Shown one piece after another: positions 1 to 9,571 of a stretch of DNA of 64,000 bases; within the stretch, counting starts at the first letter, position 1, and each line of letters begins with the position of its first letter. The DNA comes from a bacterium (lineage in GTDB: Bacteria > Patescibacteriota > Minisyncoccia > Phycocordibacterales > UBA6899). The position numbers and the translations under genes were made by a program. Where the stretch lies: positions 27,259 through 91,258 of the forward strand of contig JAYUQG010000024.1 of NCBI GenBank assembly GCA_043756865.1. Direction: 5' to 3'. The notes beneath the pieces are model-generated. The model did not search any database. It had not been told where the DNA came from and worked only from the letters and a program-made list of their open reading frames with translations.

Positions 1-1856
1 ACATCGGCGTCTTCGGAGGTGAATCCGCCCTGCTGAAGCGTCCACAGTTTCCAGTACGCACCTTTTTGTGCAAGCAATTCTTTGTGCGTTCCATCTTCAA
101 CGATACGCCCTTGGTCGAGCACAAGAATGCGGTCCATGCGACGTATGGTCGAGAGACGATGTGCGATAACGATCGTAGTGCGGCCTTCCATCAGCCGCAT
201 GAGCGCATCCTGCACCAGCTGCTCGGAACCGGAGTCAAGGCTTGAGGTCGCCTCGTCCAAGATGAGGATGGGTGCATTTTTCAGAAATGCGCGTGCGATT
301 GCGACACGTTGCCTCTCTCCTCCCGAAAGTTTCACTCCACGCTCGCCGACCAGCGCTTCGTAATTTGCAGGGTGTTCCATGATGAAGTCATGGCAGTGCG
401 CAAGTGCTGCGGCGGACAACACATCGCTGTCGGTTGCGCCCAGCTTCCCGTAGCGAATGTTTTCCATGAGTGTGCGGTGGAAAAGCACGGGGTCTTGTGG
501 AACATTGGAGATTGCACGTTTCAGGCTTGTGCGTGTCACTTCTCGGATATCGCGTCCGTCAATGTGCACGCTCCCTTCGCGCGGGTCGAATACTCGTGTG
601 AGTAGTTTGACCAATGTGGATTTGCCGGCACCTGAGGGTCCGACGAGCGCAACGCGCTCTCCCGGCCGAATGGTGACCGATACATTGTTTACCACGTATT
701 TGCCCGCATGCTGAAAGGTGACACCTTTCAGCATGATTTCGCCTCGCACGTCCGTGAGCTTGCTTGCGCTCGCGCTGTCGGTGATTTCATGGGGACGGTT
801 CATTGCCTCGGACATTTCCTTCGCATCGGCGAAACTTTCATAAATATCGCGGACGACTTGTCCAAAGGACCACACACGGTCGGTAATCTGAAATACATAT
901 GCATGGATGAGCATGAACATACCAAGCGGAAATTCGCCGCGCAGCCAGAACGCAATACCGAGTGCAAATATGCCATATTTGATGAATACGATGCTCAGTT
1001 CTTGAACACCGTGAAACAGCGAACCGGCATTCCACATAAACGCAGTGACATGCATTTGGTGTCGTGTCAGTGCCGCATGCGATTCTTTCTCGATGTCATG
1101 CGTGGCATGCGCTTCGATTGCCGCATGATTGGTAAACATATCCGCGGTCTTGCCGGTGACTTGTGAGTCAAGCTCCGCACGATAGATGTTGTAACGCAGC
1201 ATCCATTTCGAGAACCAGTAGTTCAGGAGAATCACTGCAATCACCCATGCAATCATCGCTCCTGCCAATGTCGGACTTTCCTTCATCAGCACGATGACGA
1301 CGCCAAGCAGGGTCACTATGGTCGGAAGAATGTGAAAGATGACACTGTCTGCAAGTCTGTCGTATGACCGTGCAAAGCGGTTGAGCTTCTGCACGAGCGA
1401 CCCGACAAAAACAGACTGGTAGTAGTGCTCCGAATGCTCAATAACGTGATTGAATGCGCGGATGCGCAGGTCAATCATTATTTGCTTCGTGAAGACAACA
1501 AGGAAGAGCAATCCTACCCGCCGCGCCACCACTGCCAGCACATCAAAGATGAGTATGACAGCGATTGCGCGGAGCAATATCTCTCCCGCTCCACCTGCAG
1601 AAAGTCCCTCCGCTAAGACATTGAAAAAATCTTTGTAATACGTTGGGATGATGACCGCAAGGATATTTCCCGCTGTCGTGAGGAGCACAATTAGTACTCC
1701 GAGCGGCCAGAACTTTTTGACGGACACAGCATAGAGGCTGAGTACCGGGAGAACGTTGAGTTCAAGCTTGTTGCGTAGTGGTGCGACGATGTCGGCCGCA
1801 CCCAGTATTCGACGCAGTGCGCGGTCGAGCCAGCTACCCTGTGTGTGCTCTCGCAT
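1..1856 (-). CDS. ABC transporter permease/ATP-binding protein (MsbA-like exporter); C-terminal few residues run off window start
   Basis: Minus-strand translation gives N-terminal 6-TM region then Walker A GPSGAGKST, ABC signature LSGGERQRVAIARA, Walker B ILILDEATSSLD, H-loop AHRLSTI. ATG at 1856 is preceded by a GGAGG ribosome-binding site. Not in the ORF track because it has no in-window stop. Confidence 0.85.
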   Translation of the reverse strand, partial: MREHTQGSWLDRALRRILGAADIVAPLRNKLELNVLPVLSLYAVSVKKFWPLGVLIVLLTTAGNILAVIIPTYYKDFFNVLAEGLSAGGAGEILLRAIAVILIFDVLAVVARRVGLLFLVVFTKQIMIDLRIRAFNHVIEHSEHYYQSVFVGSLVQKLNRFARSYDRLADSVIFHILPTIVTLLGVVIVLMKESPTLAGAMIAWVIAVILLNYWFSKWMLRYNIYRAELDSQVTGKTADMFTNHAAIEAHATHDIEKESHAALTRHQMHVTAFMWNAGSLFHGVQELSIVFIKYGIFALGIAFWLRGEFPLGMFMLIHAYVFQITDRVWSFGQVVRDIYESFADAKEMSEAMNRPHEITDSASASKLTDVRGEIMLKGVTFQHAGKYVVNNVSVTIRPGERVALVGPSGAGKSTLVKLLTRVFDPREGSVHIDGRDIREVTRTSLKRAISNVPQDPVLFHRTLMENIRYGKLGATDSDVLSAAALAHCHDFIMEHPANYEALVGERGVKLSGGERQRVAIARAFLKNAPILILDEATSSLDSGSEQLVQDALMRLMEGRTTIVIAHRLSTIRRMDRILVLDQGRIVEDGTHKELLAQKGAYWKLWTLQQGGFTSEDAD

Positions 1857-2293
1857 GATAACCTCCGAATGTGAAAGAACGTAAAAGAACGATTTTTTCT
1901 ATCGTGAACGAGTAATCACACAGTGCTGTGTAAATACTGCTTCACGAGAGGTTAGTCGAACAAAAACCACCTTGGCTTCTGTTCGGCCAAGGGTTTTCTC
2001 GATTTAACTCCTTAGGAGAGTGAAGAGAAATACCACGGCCGAGCACAAGACTGTGCGGGTACGACGGAAAGTGCTCCAGCAGTACGTGCTGGGGTAAAAG
2101 TTCCATTGTGGAATATCTGCTTCATAGTGGGTTTGATTCTACCCATATTATCCGATTCGTCAAGACTTCGCGCATTTTCATTATCGCCCAACTTAACCTG
2201 CAAAGAATACTGTATGTAAACACATGATGATGAGTTGACGATGCCTTACTAATTACGTAGGTTCAAGATAGACGTTGCATAAAGGAGTGACAG

Positions 2294-3175
2294 ATGGAAT
2301 ACGAGGGCGATCTCTCGCTTCTGAATCTCCTTGCGCGAGGAGAAAGACGCATTGGTGCGCTTGGGTTGTCAGGTGGAAACGCAGGCGCAGAAGGTTGCGC
2401 ACAGGCGTGCGCATTTGAAACTCGTGGACTCACGCGATTTACAGTGATAGGTGCGATTTCGTCTTTTGCGGGGGCTGCGCTCTATTTTACCGCAGGTGTA
2501 CTGAATGATGGCGCAAGCTGTTACTGGGAAGAGTGCTCAACCAATAGTTTCATCAGTTTCAGTCCGCGTCGATTTGCACAAGGGACTAGTGCTGATGTGG
2601 GCTTCCTTACCGAAGACGTATTCCGCAAAGAAGTTAACGTCGCTGCAGTACGTGCATTTCCCGGTGACTTTGTCGTGGGTGTCACGGACTGGGAGACCGG
2701 TACAGGTGAATTGGTCGATGTAAAGTCCGCCGAACCCGACCCATTTATGGCAGTTCGTGCAAGTATGGCGATGCCTGCGCTGTATCGCATTCCTGTGTAC
2801 GTAAATGGGAGACGAAAATACGACGGCGCTGTCGGCATACCTTTTCCTGCTGTTGAGATTATCAACCGATGGAACTTGGATGGACTCGTTGTGTTTGCAA
2901 ACCATCCGAAGGTGTGGAAACCAAAAGGTATTGCCCGCGCAGCAGAAACCGTCAGCTCTTTGGGAATGTCTTCTTTGCGACGTAATGCGTTTCTTGGTCG
3001 TGTTCGCGCATATCATGAAGGTTTGCGACGCTTGCGCGAAAGCAAAACACCATATCTCATTCTTTGGGGTAGCGGGGAAATAACCACATTTACGAGAAAT
3101 CCGAGAACTATCGAAGCCGTAGCACGTAGGGCATACGACGACACCATGAAGCTGTTTGCGCACGCAGGGGTTTGA
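2294..3175 (+). CDS. patatin-like phospholipase domain protein (divergent; Gly-rich oxyanion loop not evident)
   Basis: GLSGG matches the GxSxG nucleophile elbow near the N-terminus. YDGAVGIPFPAV matches the patatin DG[AG] catalytic Asp region. AAAGGAG ribosome-binding site 6 nt upstream of the ATG. Confidence 0.4.
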   Translation: MEYEGDLSLLNLLARGERRIGALGLSGGNAGAEGCAQACAFETRGLTRFTVIGAISSFAGAALYFTAGVLNDGASCYWEECSTNSFISFSPRRFAQGTSADVGFLTEDVFRKEVNVAAVRAFPGDFVVGVTDWETGTGELVDVKSAEPDPFMAVRASMAMPALYRIPVYVNGRRKYDGAVGIPFPAVEIINRWNLDGLVVFANHPKVWKPKGIARAAETVSSLGMSSLRRNAFLGRVRAYHEGLRRLRESKTPYLILWGSGEITTFTRNPRTIEAVARRAYDDTMKLFAHAGV

Positions 3176-3223
3176 TACCCTTGCGTTTTTATATATGTAA
3201 TTACACATCAAATAAAAAAGCCA

Positions 3224-3247
3224 AACAAAAACCGCACATGGTGCGGT
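3224..3247 (-). terminator. rho-independent terminator for the ADP-ribosylglycohydrolase gene
   Basis: Hairpin ACCGCAC-atg-GTGCGGT followed on the minus strand by TTTTTGTTTGGCTTTTTT. Confidence 0.55.
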
Positions 3248-3261
3248 TGGTTCAATACCTT

Positions 3262-4281
3262 TTATTTTTCGAACAAGCGAACAAGTGCTTCTGCAATTTT
3301 CCCTGCTACTGCGTATTCGGGGCGAAAGTTCGCCCATTCTGTGGGAATCCCACTCATGCCAACGCGTGCCCCAATCAGCGAACCCACGATTGCGGCGTTG
3401 GTATCGGTGTCGCCTCCTGCATTCACTGCTTCGGTAACTCCGCCCGCGAAGTCATCCATGTGTCGCAGGAATGTGCCGATGACGAATGGCATGGTCTGCG
3501 TACATACAAACCGTGAGCCGAACTTGTCGAGCAGGCGTTCCTTCGAGTCGGTATACCCTGCAATCTCTTGGAGTGTGTTTGCGAGTGTGCGATTCGCGGG
3601 ATTCGGAACGCAGAATGCTTCGAATTGTCGCACCTTGTGGGAAATGTCGATGAGTGTGAATGTCAGCTCGTCACGCGTCCGGTGTGCGTTTGCGAACACA
3701 TCGACAATGACCATTCCGACGGCAAATGCAGTAATCCATGCGCGGGCGTCACTGTGCGTGATGGCACCAAGCTCGCGCACGTGCTTGCCGAAGAGTTTCC
3801 AATTAAACGGAGTGTCGCATCCCTGCTTCTTCCACATGAGTGCGTGGAACAGCGCAAGTGGTGCGATTTTCATGATGATGCCGTTCCCGAGCCCGACCCC
3901 TGTTTTGTGTGGGGGCGGAAACATTCCGCTGCGCTTGCCATTGATGATGTCTTGAATCGCAGCAACGGAACCCTTGCCCCAGCCGAAGGTCGAGTTTTTG
4001 AGGGCTTCCATGTGAAGCGCTACGCAGAGACGTCTGTCCCAGCCGTTTGCTCTGATGAGCGACTCCGCGACAACTTTGGTCAAATCCCAGTCATCGCTCG
4101 TGTCGCCAGCCTTCATTCCCTTTGTGTCATCATTGCGCCACTGCACAGGGTCAAGAAATGTGGTGACTCCAAGCGGCCCCAGTATCCCGATAATTTCACT
4201 GTGTGTCATCGTTTCAACAGGAACGCCACGTGCGTCGCCGAGTGCAACTCCCAAGAGGGATGCATGTACTTTTTCCAGCAT
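3262..4281 (-). CDS. ADP-ribosylglycohydrolase family protein (DraG/ARH-like)
   Basis: N-terminal GVALGDARGVPVE and C-terminal AGGDTDTNAAIVGSLIGA are the hallmark motifs of the ADP-ribosylglycohydrolase family. Confidence 0.75.
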   Translation of the reverse strand: MLEKVHASLLGVALGDARGVPVETMTHSEIIGILGPLGVTTFLDPVQWRNDDTKGMKAGDTSDDWDLTKVVAESLIRANGWDRRLCVALHMEALKNSTFGWGKGSVAAIQDIINGKRSGMFPPPHKTGVGLGNGIIMKIAPLALFHALMWKKQGCDTPFNWKLFGKHVRELGAITHSDARAWITAFAVGMVIVDVFANAHRTRDELTFTLIDISHKVRQFEAFCVPNPANRTLANTLQEIAGYTDSKERLLDKFGSRFVCTQTMPFVIGTFLRHMDDFAGGVTEAVNAGGDTDTNAAIVGSLIGARVGMSGIPTEWANFRPEYAVAGKIAEALVRLFEK

Positions 4282-4334
4282 GATTGCTCCTTTGCAAATC
4301 TGCTATCGGTATACAGCGTAGTGCGTTTGCTGTC

Positions 4335-4357
4335 AAAAAACCGCACACATGGTGCGG
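4335..4357 (-). terminator. rho-independent terminator
   Basis: CCGCAC-acat-GTGCGG hairpin with a T-run on the minus strand. Nearly the same hairpin sequence as at 3230. Confidence 0.5.
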
Positions 4358-4359
4358 CG

Positions 4360-5145
4360 CTATTTTTGATTTCCGATTCTCCGTTCACGCAGTGCAGTCA
4401 CTGCATACAAACACGCAATTCCCGCAGCGATATGCTTGAGGCTATGCCCACTCAATAATTCTCCCGAAAGTTGATAAAGTGATTCGTCGAAATACTCAAA
4501 CACCTTTGCTCCGCCATACCAGAGGATTGTGAGCGTCCAGTTTCGTGACCAGCCTTCTTTGCGGGGGAAAAGGAGTGCGGTTGTCGGAATGATGAAAATC
4601 GGAAAGAACTGCATCAGCACATATGGACGCAGGTCGTCTGCACCGAGCTGTGTAGTCCATTGCCAGTACCACACTGATGCGATACCGAAGATTGCGACAA
4701 TCGGTAGCACTATTCTCGCACCACGCGCACTGATGTGCATTGCAACAAACTCCGCAAAGATAGCAGCAAAGCAGATGGTCATGGGAAGTCTGTCCCACAC
4801 CAAGCTCGCGCTGGATGGGAACGCGTGATAAAATGCCGACCCCGCCGCGGTGCCGACACACCCGATTGCAAAGACGAGCAGTGCGGCCCTGCCGTCAGCG
4901 GGCAACTTTGCTCGAGAGAGCCCGCCAAACACGAAGAGTCCCGCATATCCAGCCATCAAAAAAAAGATGTTTGTAGTGACGTTAAAAAAATTGGGAATTC
5001 CCCAAATTGTCCGTACGTCCGCAAAATGATGATAGTCCGTAGGTTGGCTGATACGTCCGTATGCCAAGAGCCCTAGCGTGGTGACGAGGAGTGAGACGGC
5101 GACAAACAGCAATATTTTTCTTTCTCGTGTCATAGTGTGTTCCAT
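4360..5145 (-). CDS. alkaline ceramidase-like 7-TM membrane hydrolase family protein
   Basis: Multi-TM protein with an HxxxH motif (HSLKH) near the C-terminus, as in the ceramidase/PAQR-like family. The ORF-track start at 5190 is a TTG. The first ATG (MEHTMTRERK) is at 5145. Confidence 0.4.
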   Translation of the reverse strand: MEHTMTRERKILLFVAVSLLVTTLGLLAYGRISQPTDYHHFADVRTIWGIPNFFNVTTNIFFLMAGYAGLFVFGGLSRAKLPADGRAALLVFAIGCVGTAAGSAFYHAFPSSASLVWDRLPMTICFAAIFAEFVAMHISARGARIVLPIVAIFGIASVWYWQWTTQLGADDLRPYVLMQFFPIFIIPTTALLFPRKEGWSRNWTLTILWYGGAKVFEYFDESLYQLSGELLSGHSLKHIAAGIACLYAVTALRERRIGNQK

Positions 5146-5220
5146 GCAAGAGTCTCTTATTAAAATGCCTCGGAGTGTGCGTTTAGTCAATGTAATAAAA
5201 AACCACCGCAGTGGTTTTGT

Positions 5221-5682
5221 TCAAGCGAGTACCGCTTCATCGTTTCTGGAGCAGGCGAGGATCATTTCGCGTGCCACATTTTTCCCGACGATGCGGTAAC
5301 GGATACCCTCCTTTGTGTCGTGTTCACGCAGGGGATACACATCGTCGACACGGCAAATTTCGTTTTGGGAGATCACAAAGAGAGCATGTAGCATGACGTA
5401 GTCTTGCCCTGGAGCGTCTTCGCTCGCTCCGAGACCTGAGTAGTCAGGAAGGAGGTTACGCAAAAATCGGCGGAACGCATTCTCCTCGTGGAGCACGATG
5501 AAGAGCTGCTTGGGAGAGAGCACCTCTGCAAGCGCAGTCATGTTCTCGGTTGTCAGGTTACCCCAGCCGATCCATTCGCCACGTTCGTTGTACCACCCAG
5601 ACCCCTTGGTGCAGGGGACAAACTGTTTGGGTCGTTGGCCGATGCAAAGACCAACGCTCGTCATGGTGTCAGGTGTCATCAA
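5221..5682 (-). CDS. hypothetical protein (divergent from lexA)
   Basis: 153-aa ORF with balanced composition and a terminator hairpin (CCACTGCGGTGG plus T-run) downstream at 5192-5215. No recognisable motif. Confidence 0.4.
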   Translation of the reverse strand: MMTPDTMTSVGLCIGQRPKQFVPCTKGSGWYNERGEWIGWGNLTTENMTALAEVLSPKQLFIVLHEENAFRRFLRNLLPDYSGLGASEDAPGQDYVMLHALFVISQNEICRVDDVYPLREHDTKEGIRYRIVGKNVAREMILACSRNDEAVLA

Positions 5683-5808
5683 TGTTCCTTGTTGAATTGT
5701 TGAACGGAGGAAGCCAAGTGTACTCTAGAATATTATACAAAAATGTCAAGTTAAGTGATGACCTAACGGTATGGCACACAAATGTCCTGTGGAAAACTCG
5801 TTTGCGAG

Positions 5809-5860
5809 TGTTCTAATTATGTTCTAATATAATAATATTATTTTAGAATACTTATAGAAC
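5809..5860 (+). promoter_or_regulatory. candidate LexA operator / lexA promoter region (nested inverted repeats GTTCTAA...TTAGAA/TAGAAC)
   Basis: GTTCTAATTATGTTCTAATATAATAATATTATTTTAGAATACTTATAGAAC lies immediately upstream of the lexA ATG at 5866. It contains two GTTCTAA direct copies and their inverted partners, and the outer half-sites read GTTC...GAAC. Confidence 0.4.
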
Positions 5861-5865
5861 TCATC

Positions 5866-6528
5866 ATGCTTACCAAAAAGACCAAAGAAGTGCTCGACTA
5901 TGTGCGTACATACATGGCAAAGCATGAGTTCGCCCCATCGCTTGAAGAAATCCGAAAGCACTTCAAGCTCGTCTCTGTATCAACTGCGCACTATCACTTG
6001 GAGAAGCTCAAAGAGGGGGGATACCTTGAACGGGGGGTAAAGCAGGCGCGAGCCATCACTCTTCCCCCTTTTGATTACACGATGTCACTCTCGGGTACGT
6101 TTTCGGGATTTGAATTCATTTCCGTTCCTTTGGTTGGTTCAGCAAACTGCGGGCCTGCTGAATTGCTTGCAGAAGAGAACATCGAAGGATATCTCACGGT
6201 AAAGCGGACGATGCTTCCTCGTGCGAGCGGTATCTTTGCACTGCGCGCATCGGGTCACTCACTGAATAGGGCAAATATTAAAGGGAAGAATATCGAAGAC
6301 GGTGATATTGTGCTTATTGATTCTGAGGACAGAGATATTAAAGACGGAGACTACGTCCTTTCAATTATTGGTGGAGCAGCAAATCTCAAGAAATATCAGT
6401 TCGACAAAAAGCATCAGCAAATAAATCTGCTTTCTGAGTCATCGCAAGCATTCAAGCCGATTATCATTTTGCCGGGAGACGACTTCGCCATTAACGGCAA
6501 GGTGGTAGGTGTAATGAAGCGAGGATAG
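5866..6528 (+). CDS. lexA: LexA repressor (S24 peptidase)
   Basis: N-terminal winged HTH. The Ala-Gly cleavage region and catalytic Ser are in ALRASGHSLNRANI. The catalytic Lys region is LKKYQ. Overall length 220 aa. Confidence 0.85.
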   Translation: MLTKKTKEVLDYVRTYMAKHEFAPSLEEIRKHFKLVSVSTAHYHLEKLKEGGYLERGVKQARAITLPPFDYTMSLSGTFSGFEFISVPLVGSANCGPAELLAEENIEGYLTVKRTMLPRASGIFALRASGHSLNRANIKGKNIEDGDIVLIDSEDRDIKDGDYVLSIIGGAANLKKYQFDKKHQQINLLSESSQAFKPIIILPGDDFAINGKVVGVMKRG

Positions 6529-6542
6529 ATAAACTCGCAATA

Positions 6543-7415
6543 CTAGAATGCCATAAGTGCCACTCCAGTAATCATTATGCTGCATGCTACTGAACGTCGC
6601 AGCAGGTGTTTGTCGTGGAAAAGTTCTCCTCCGATGACGGTCGTAAAGAGGGAAGAAGATCGCTTTGTTGCGACGACGAGTCCAACCGCAGCGAGCGCCA
6701 CCGCTTCCGCGTAAGCAACGCGCGATACGATAGCAAGGACCGAAATAATCACAAACGGTTTCCATGAAACTCGTAGAATGGGAATAAAACTCATGAGTGG
6801 CTTCTTCTTGTATAAAGAAAGCAGTATAAAGTTGAGGAGAATGAACATGTGCAGTAAGCCGACAAACAACACAGGGGGGATATGCCATGTACCAAATACG
6901 AGCCGCTCGGCAACCGAGGTGAGCGAATAAAGAAACATTGCGAAAATAATTAGCCGTGCATAGTGTTCGCCCGCAATGTGCCGAAAAAAGCTGCGCACAT
7001 CACGTAGTCTGTCTGTTTCCAGCACGTAGGTTCCTACTGCGAGTAGTGCCATTCCACACAGTTGAAGTGGACTGAGCCGCTCGTCGAGAAAAAGGAAGGC
7101 AAATGTAGCGGTCATAAAAGGGCTGAGCAGGAAAAGCGGTGCCGAGGCGCTTATTTCCATGTGGCGCACACCCTTTGTTACTTCGATGAATGCAATCGTT
7201 GAAGCAATAGAAATCAGGTAACCCGTGAGCAGTACTTTTCCTGTCAGTACTTCGAGGGGGAAAAAGAAAAAGACGGGAACACTCACAATTGCCACCACTA
7301 CTGCGAGTGTGTACGCGAAGTCGATCGAATGCGTTTTAACGAGGGTCCGTTTTTCGATAATCGAGCCCAGTGATATGCAAAACGCCGCAATCACTGCATA
7401 GAAAAACCATGTCAT
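6543..7415 (-). CDS. EamA/DMT family transporter
   Basis: About 10 predicted TM helices in two repeated halves, typical of the drug/metabolite transporter superfamily. Confidence 0.55.
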   Translation of the reverse strand: MTWFFYAVIAAFCISLGSIIEKRTLVKTHSIDFAYTLAVVVAIVSVPVFFFFPLEVLTGKVLLTGYLISIASTIAFIEVTKGVRHMEISASAPLFLLSPFMTATFAFLFLDERLSPLQLCGMALLAVGTYVLETDRLRDVRSFFRHIAGEHYARLIIFAMFLYSLTSVAERLVFGTWHIPPVLFVGLLHMFILLNFILLSLYKKKPLMSFIPILRVSWKPFVIISVLAIVSRVAYAEAVALAAVGLVVATKRSSSLFTTVIGGELFHDKHLLRRSVACSIMITGVALMAF

Positions 7416-7500
7416 ATGGCAATTCTAGCATACACATTGCTATAAATACGTTACGCCAATTGCGTGTACGCGCCATAAAATTGCACAATAAGATAGCGTA

Positions 7501-7536
7501 AAAAACACACCCCGAATGTGGGGTGTGTTTTTTGTT
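7501..7536 (-). terminator. rho-independent (bidirectional-type) terminator
   Basis: AAAAACACACCCC-gaatgt-GGGGTGTGTTTTTT perfect 9-bp stem. A second hairpin AGCCGCAAC-aat-GTTGCGGCT plus T-run lies at 7606-7632 on the minus strand. Confidence 0.6.
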
Positions 7537-7642
7537 ATTGGGGTTTTTGTGTCATGGGTGACCCATGCTGTAATCTCTATATGGTCTGCGGCGTGCTACA
7601 TGAGTCATAAAAAAGCCGCAACAATGTTGCGGCTGTGCATGT

Positions 7643-8605
7643 TTACCGGATGCTATCTTTCGGTTGCAGATTCGGTTGAGTTTTGGGGCTTCCTGTGGGA
7701 AGAGCGGTTCCGTCCGGAGATTGCCACGGAAATACATTGAGTGACGGGTCTGCATATTCTGCATAGGGGGCAAGGTTGAGTGCTTCGATGTCGCGCGGCA
7801 CCATTGTCCAGTCGTATGCAAACATCGGGTTATGTGCGTTGCCCAGACGGTCGAAGATGCGTACTTCAAACGAGAGTCTTACCCATGTGCGGTAGACGCG
7901 CTCCGTCGCTTTGTCACCGCGATGTACGCTGTAGCAATCCATAAGTGTGAGCTCAAAAGGTGCCGAGCGCCATTCATGAGCACTGTTTGTTTCGGCAACC
8001 TGTCGGTTAAAGTCCCAGAAATAGTCGTGCTTTGCCGGGTCAAGGTGCTCCACCGCAAACGGTTGCACGTAGTAAACAGTCGGAATGAGGTCACCCACAG
8101 TGTAGGTGTGGTTCCCGCGTACCTTTGGACTCCATCGTTCACCCTGGAATCCATCGACGTGACATGGCGCTTCGCGTTGGAGTTCGCCTGCGTCGACCCA
8201 GCCGTGTTCGACAGTGAGATAACAGTAGTACTCGTCGTAGCAGGTAGGATTCACAGCGAGTTCGTAGTCTGCTACGCGTCGTATGACGGGAAGAAACTGC
8301 GTAAACTCTTTCGGGACGCGAAAGTGTGAGCCTGGGAATTTAATCGGCATATCCAGTACGCGTGGAGCAATACCCTGTGTGCGAAAAAGCGCTTGTTCTG
8401 TTTCGGGCAGTACTCCAAGTGAAACGGGAGTACGGGGAATTGCGAACTCTGCTTCGTCCCACACTCGATTTAAAGCACGGATAATGGGTGAGTCAGCGGG
8501 AATCGTTGTCGGTATATGCATTGGGGTTACCTCAAATCCCTCACGACTGACGTTCGGTATGATGAAGTGTTTTCCGCGATACTCAAGTTGTGCAGCTTTT
8601 TTCAT
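7643..8605 (-). CDS. hypothetical protein, possible Fe(II)/2-oxoglutarate-dependent oxygenase fold
   Basis: The spacing of CHVDGF (HxD), then VHRG (distal His), then RLS (RxS) is compatible with the 2OG-oxygenase facial triad. Otherwise uncharacterised. Confidence 0.3.
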   Translation of the reverse strand: MKKAAQLEYRGKHFIIPNVSREGFEVTPMHIPTTIPADSPIIRALNRVWDEAEFAIPRTPVSLGVLPETEQALFRTQGIAPRVLDMPIKFPGSHFRVPKEFTQFLPVIRRVADYELAVNPTCYDEYYCYLTVEHGWVDAGELQREAPCHVDGFQGERWSPKVRGNHTYTVGDLIPTVYYVQPFAVEHLDPAKHDYFWDFNRQVAETNSAHEWRSAPFELTLMDCYSVHRGDKATERVYRTWVRLSFEVRIFDRLGNAHNPMFAYDWTMVPRDIEALNLAPYAEYADPSLNVFPWQSPDGTALPTGSPKTQPNLQPKDSIR

Positions 8606-8614
8606 GATGTGTCC

Positions 8615-9571
8615 TTAGCTAATGAGGTGTAACAGGTCAACGTTGTGCGCTCCAATCGTACCGTTTACAAACGGTTCACGGTCGAATCGGATTGCATCGA
8701 CGAAGTCGGCAAGTTCAGCGTGATAAGGATCAACTGGTAGAAAATGGAGTGGCGTACCGTTTACTGCGATGCTGCCTTTGCCGTGAGCACCCAGAGTATC
8801 TGCGCATGTGCTGTGTCCCTGTGTCCCGTGAATTTCAATCACACGGGGGAGTATGGTGCGGTTTGATACCGCAATCGTCGCGCTTTTTCCAGTTTTCCAA
8901 TCGAGATGGATTGTTGCGGTATGTTCGAGCATGCCTACGTCGCTCTCACGAATCACATTGATTTCAGGTGCTCCTGTTTCTCCAAGAAACCAAGTTGCAA
9001 GGTCGAGGGCGTGAGTGCCTACGGCTGCAAGTACGAACCAGCGTGCCAACGTGTCACTACTTCGCCAGTCATCAGGTGGAGCACGGTATGACCACGTCAG
9101 TTTGATGTGCTGTGGCGTGCCGATTGCTCCCTGCCCTATTGCCTCACAGAGTTTACGATGCCCATCATGGTGTCGTAGGTGGTATCCGACCGCAAGCCTC
9201 ACCTTGTGTATTCGCGCTGCGTCACACATACGTAGGGCATCCTCGGGATTTGTCGCCATCGGCTTTTCGACAAAAATGTGTTTTCCCGCATGTGCGGCTT
9301 CGATGGACATAGCTGCATGTAGTTTGTCAGGTGTTGCAATGATGACCGCATCAAGTTCCGCATCTGCGAGCATGTCGGAGTAGGAAGAGTAAATCTTTTT
9401 TGCCCGGAATTGCTTGGCAAGCAGTTCTGCGCGCTTTGGGTCGCGACTGACAAGACCTTCTAATGTTGCATGTGGCACTGAAAGTAATGCGGGGAGGAGC
9501 CGCATAGTGGCTACCTCCCCGACACCGACAATGCCAACTTTTATGTGGGCTTCACGATGTGTGTTAGTCAT
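8615..9571 (-). CDS. Gfo/Idh/MocA family NAD(P)-dependent oxidoreductase
   Basis: Rossmann motif VGIVGVGEVA, then EKP in HIFVEKPMA, typical of the Gfo/Idh/MocA family. The ORF extends to 9697, but the first sensible ATG (MTNTHREAHIKVGIVG) is at 9571. That start avoids overlap with the upstream NUDIX gene. Confidence 0.7.
   Translation of the reverse strand: MTNTHREAHIKVGIVGVGEVATMRLLPALLSVPHATLEGLVSRDPKRAELLAKQFRAKKIYSSYSDMLADAELDAVIIATPDKLHAAMSIEAAHAGKHIFVEKPMATNPEDALRMCDAARIHKVRLAVGYHLRHHDGHRKLCEAIGQGAIGTPQHIKLTWSYRAPPDDWRSSDTLARWFVLAAVGTHALDLATWFLGETGAPEINVIRESDVGMLEHTATIHLDWKTGKSATIAVSNRTILPRVIEIHGTQGHSTCADTLGAHGKGSIAVNGTPLHFLPVDPYHAELADFVDAIRFDREPFVNGTIGAHNVDLLHLIS

Noticed and set aside
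2537-3337. 266-aa minus-strand ORF overlapping the patatin-like gene
   Set aside because: Cys/Arg-rich low-complexity translation. It is antisense to a gene with a strong ribosome-binding site and protein-like composition.
4360-5190. ORF-track start coordinates at 5190, 17739, 36814, 46858 and 48018
   Set aside because: These correspond to TTG or GTG codons reported as Met by the ORF finder. Downstream in-frame ATGs (some with ribosome-binding sites) were preferred as starts.
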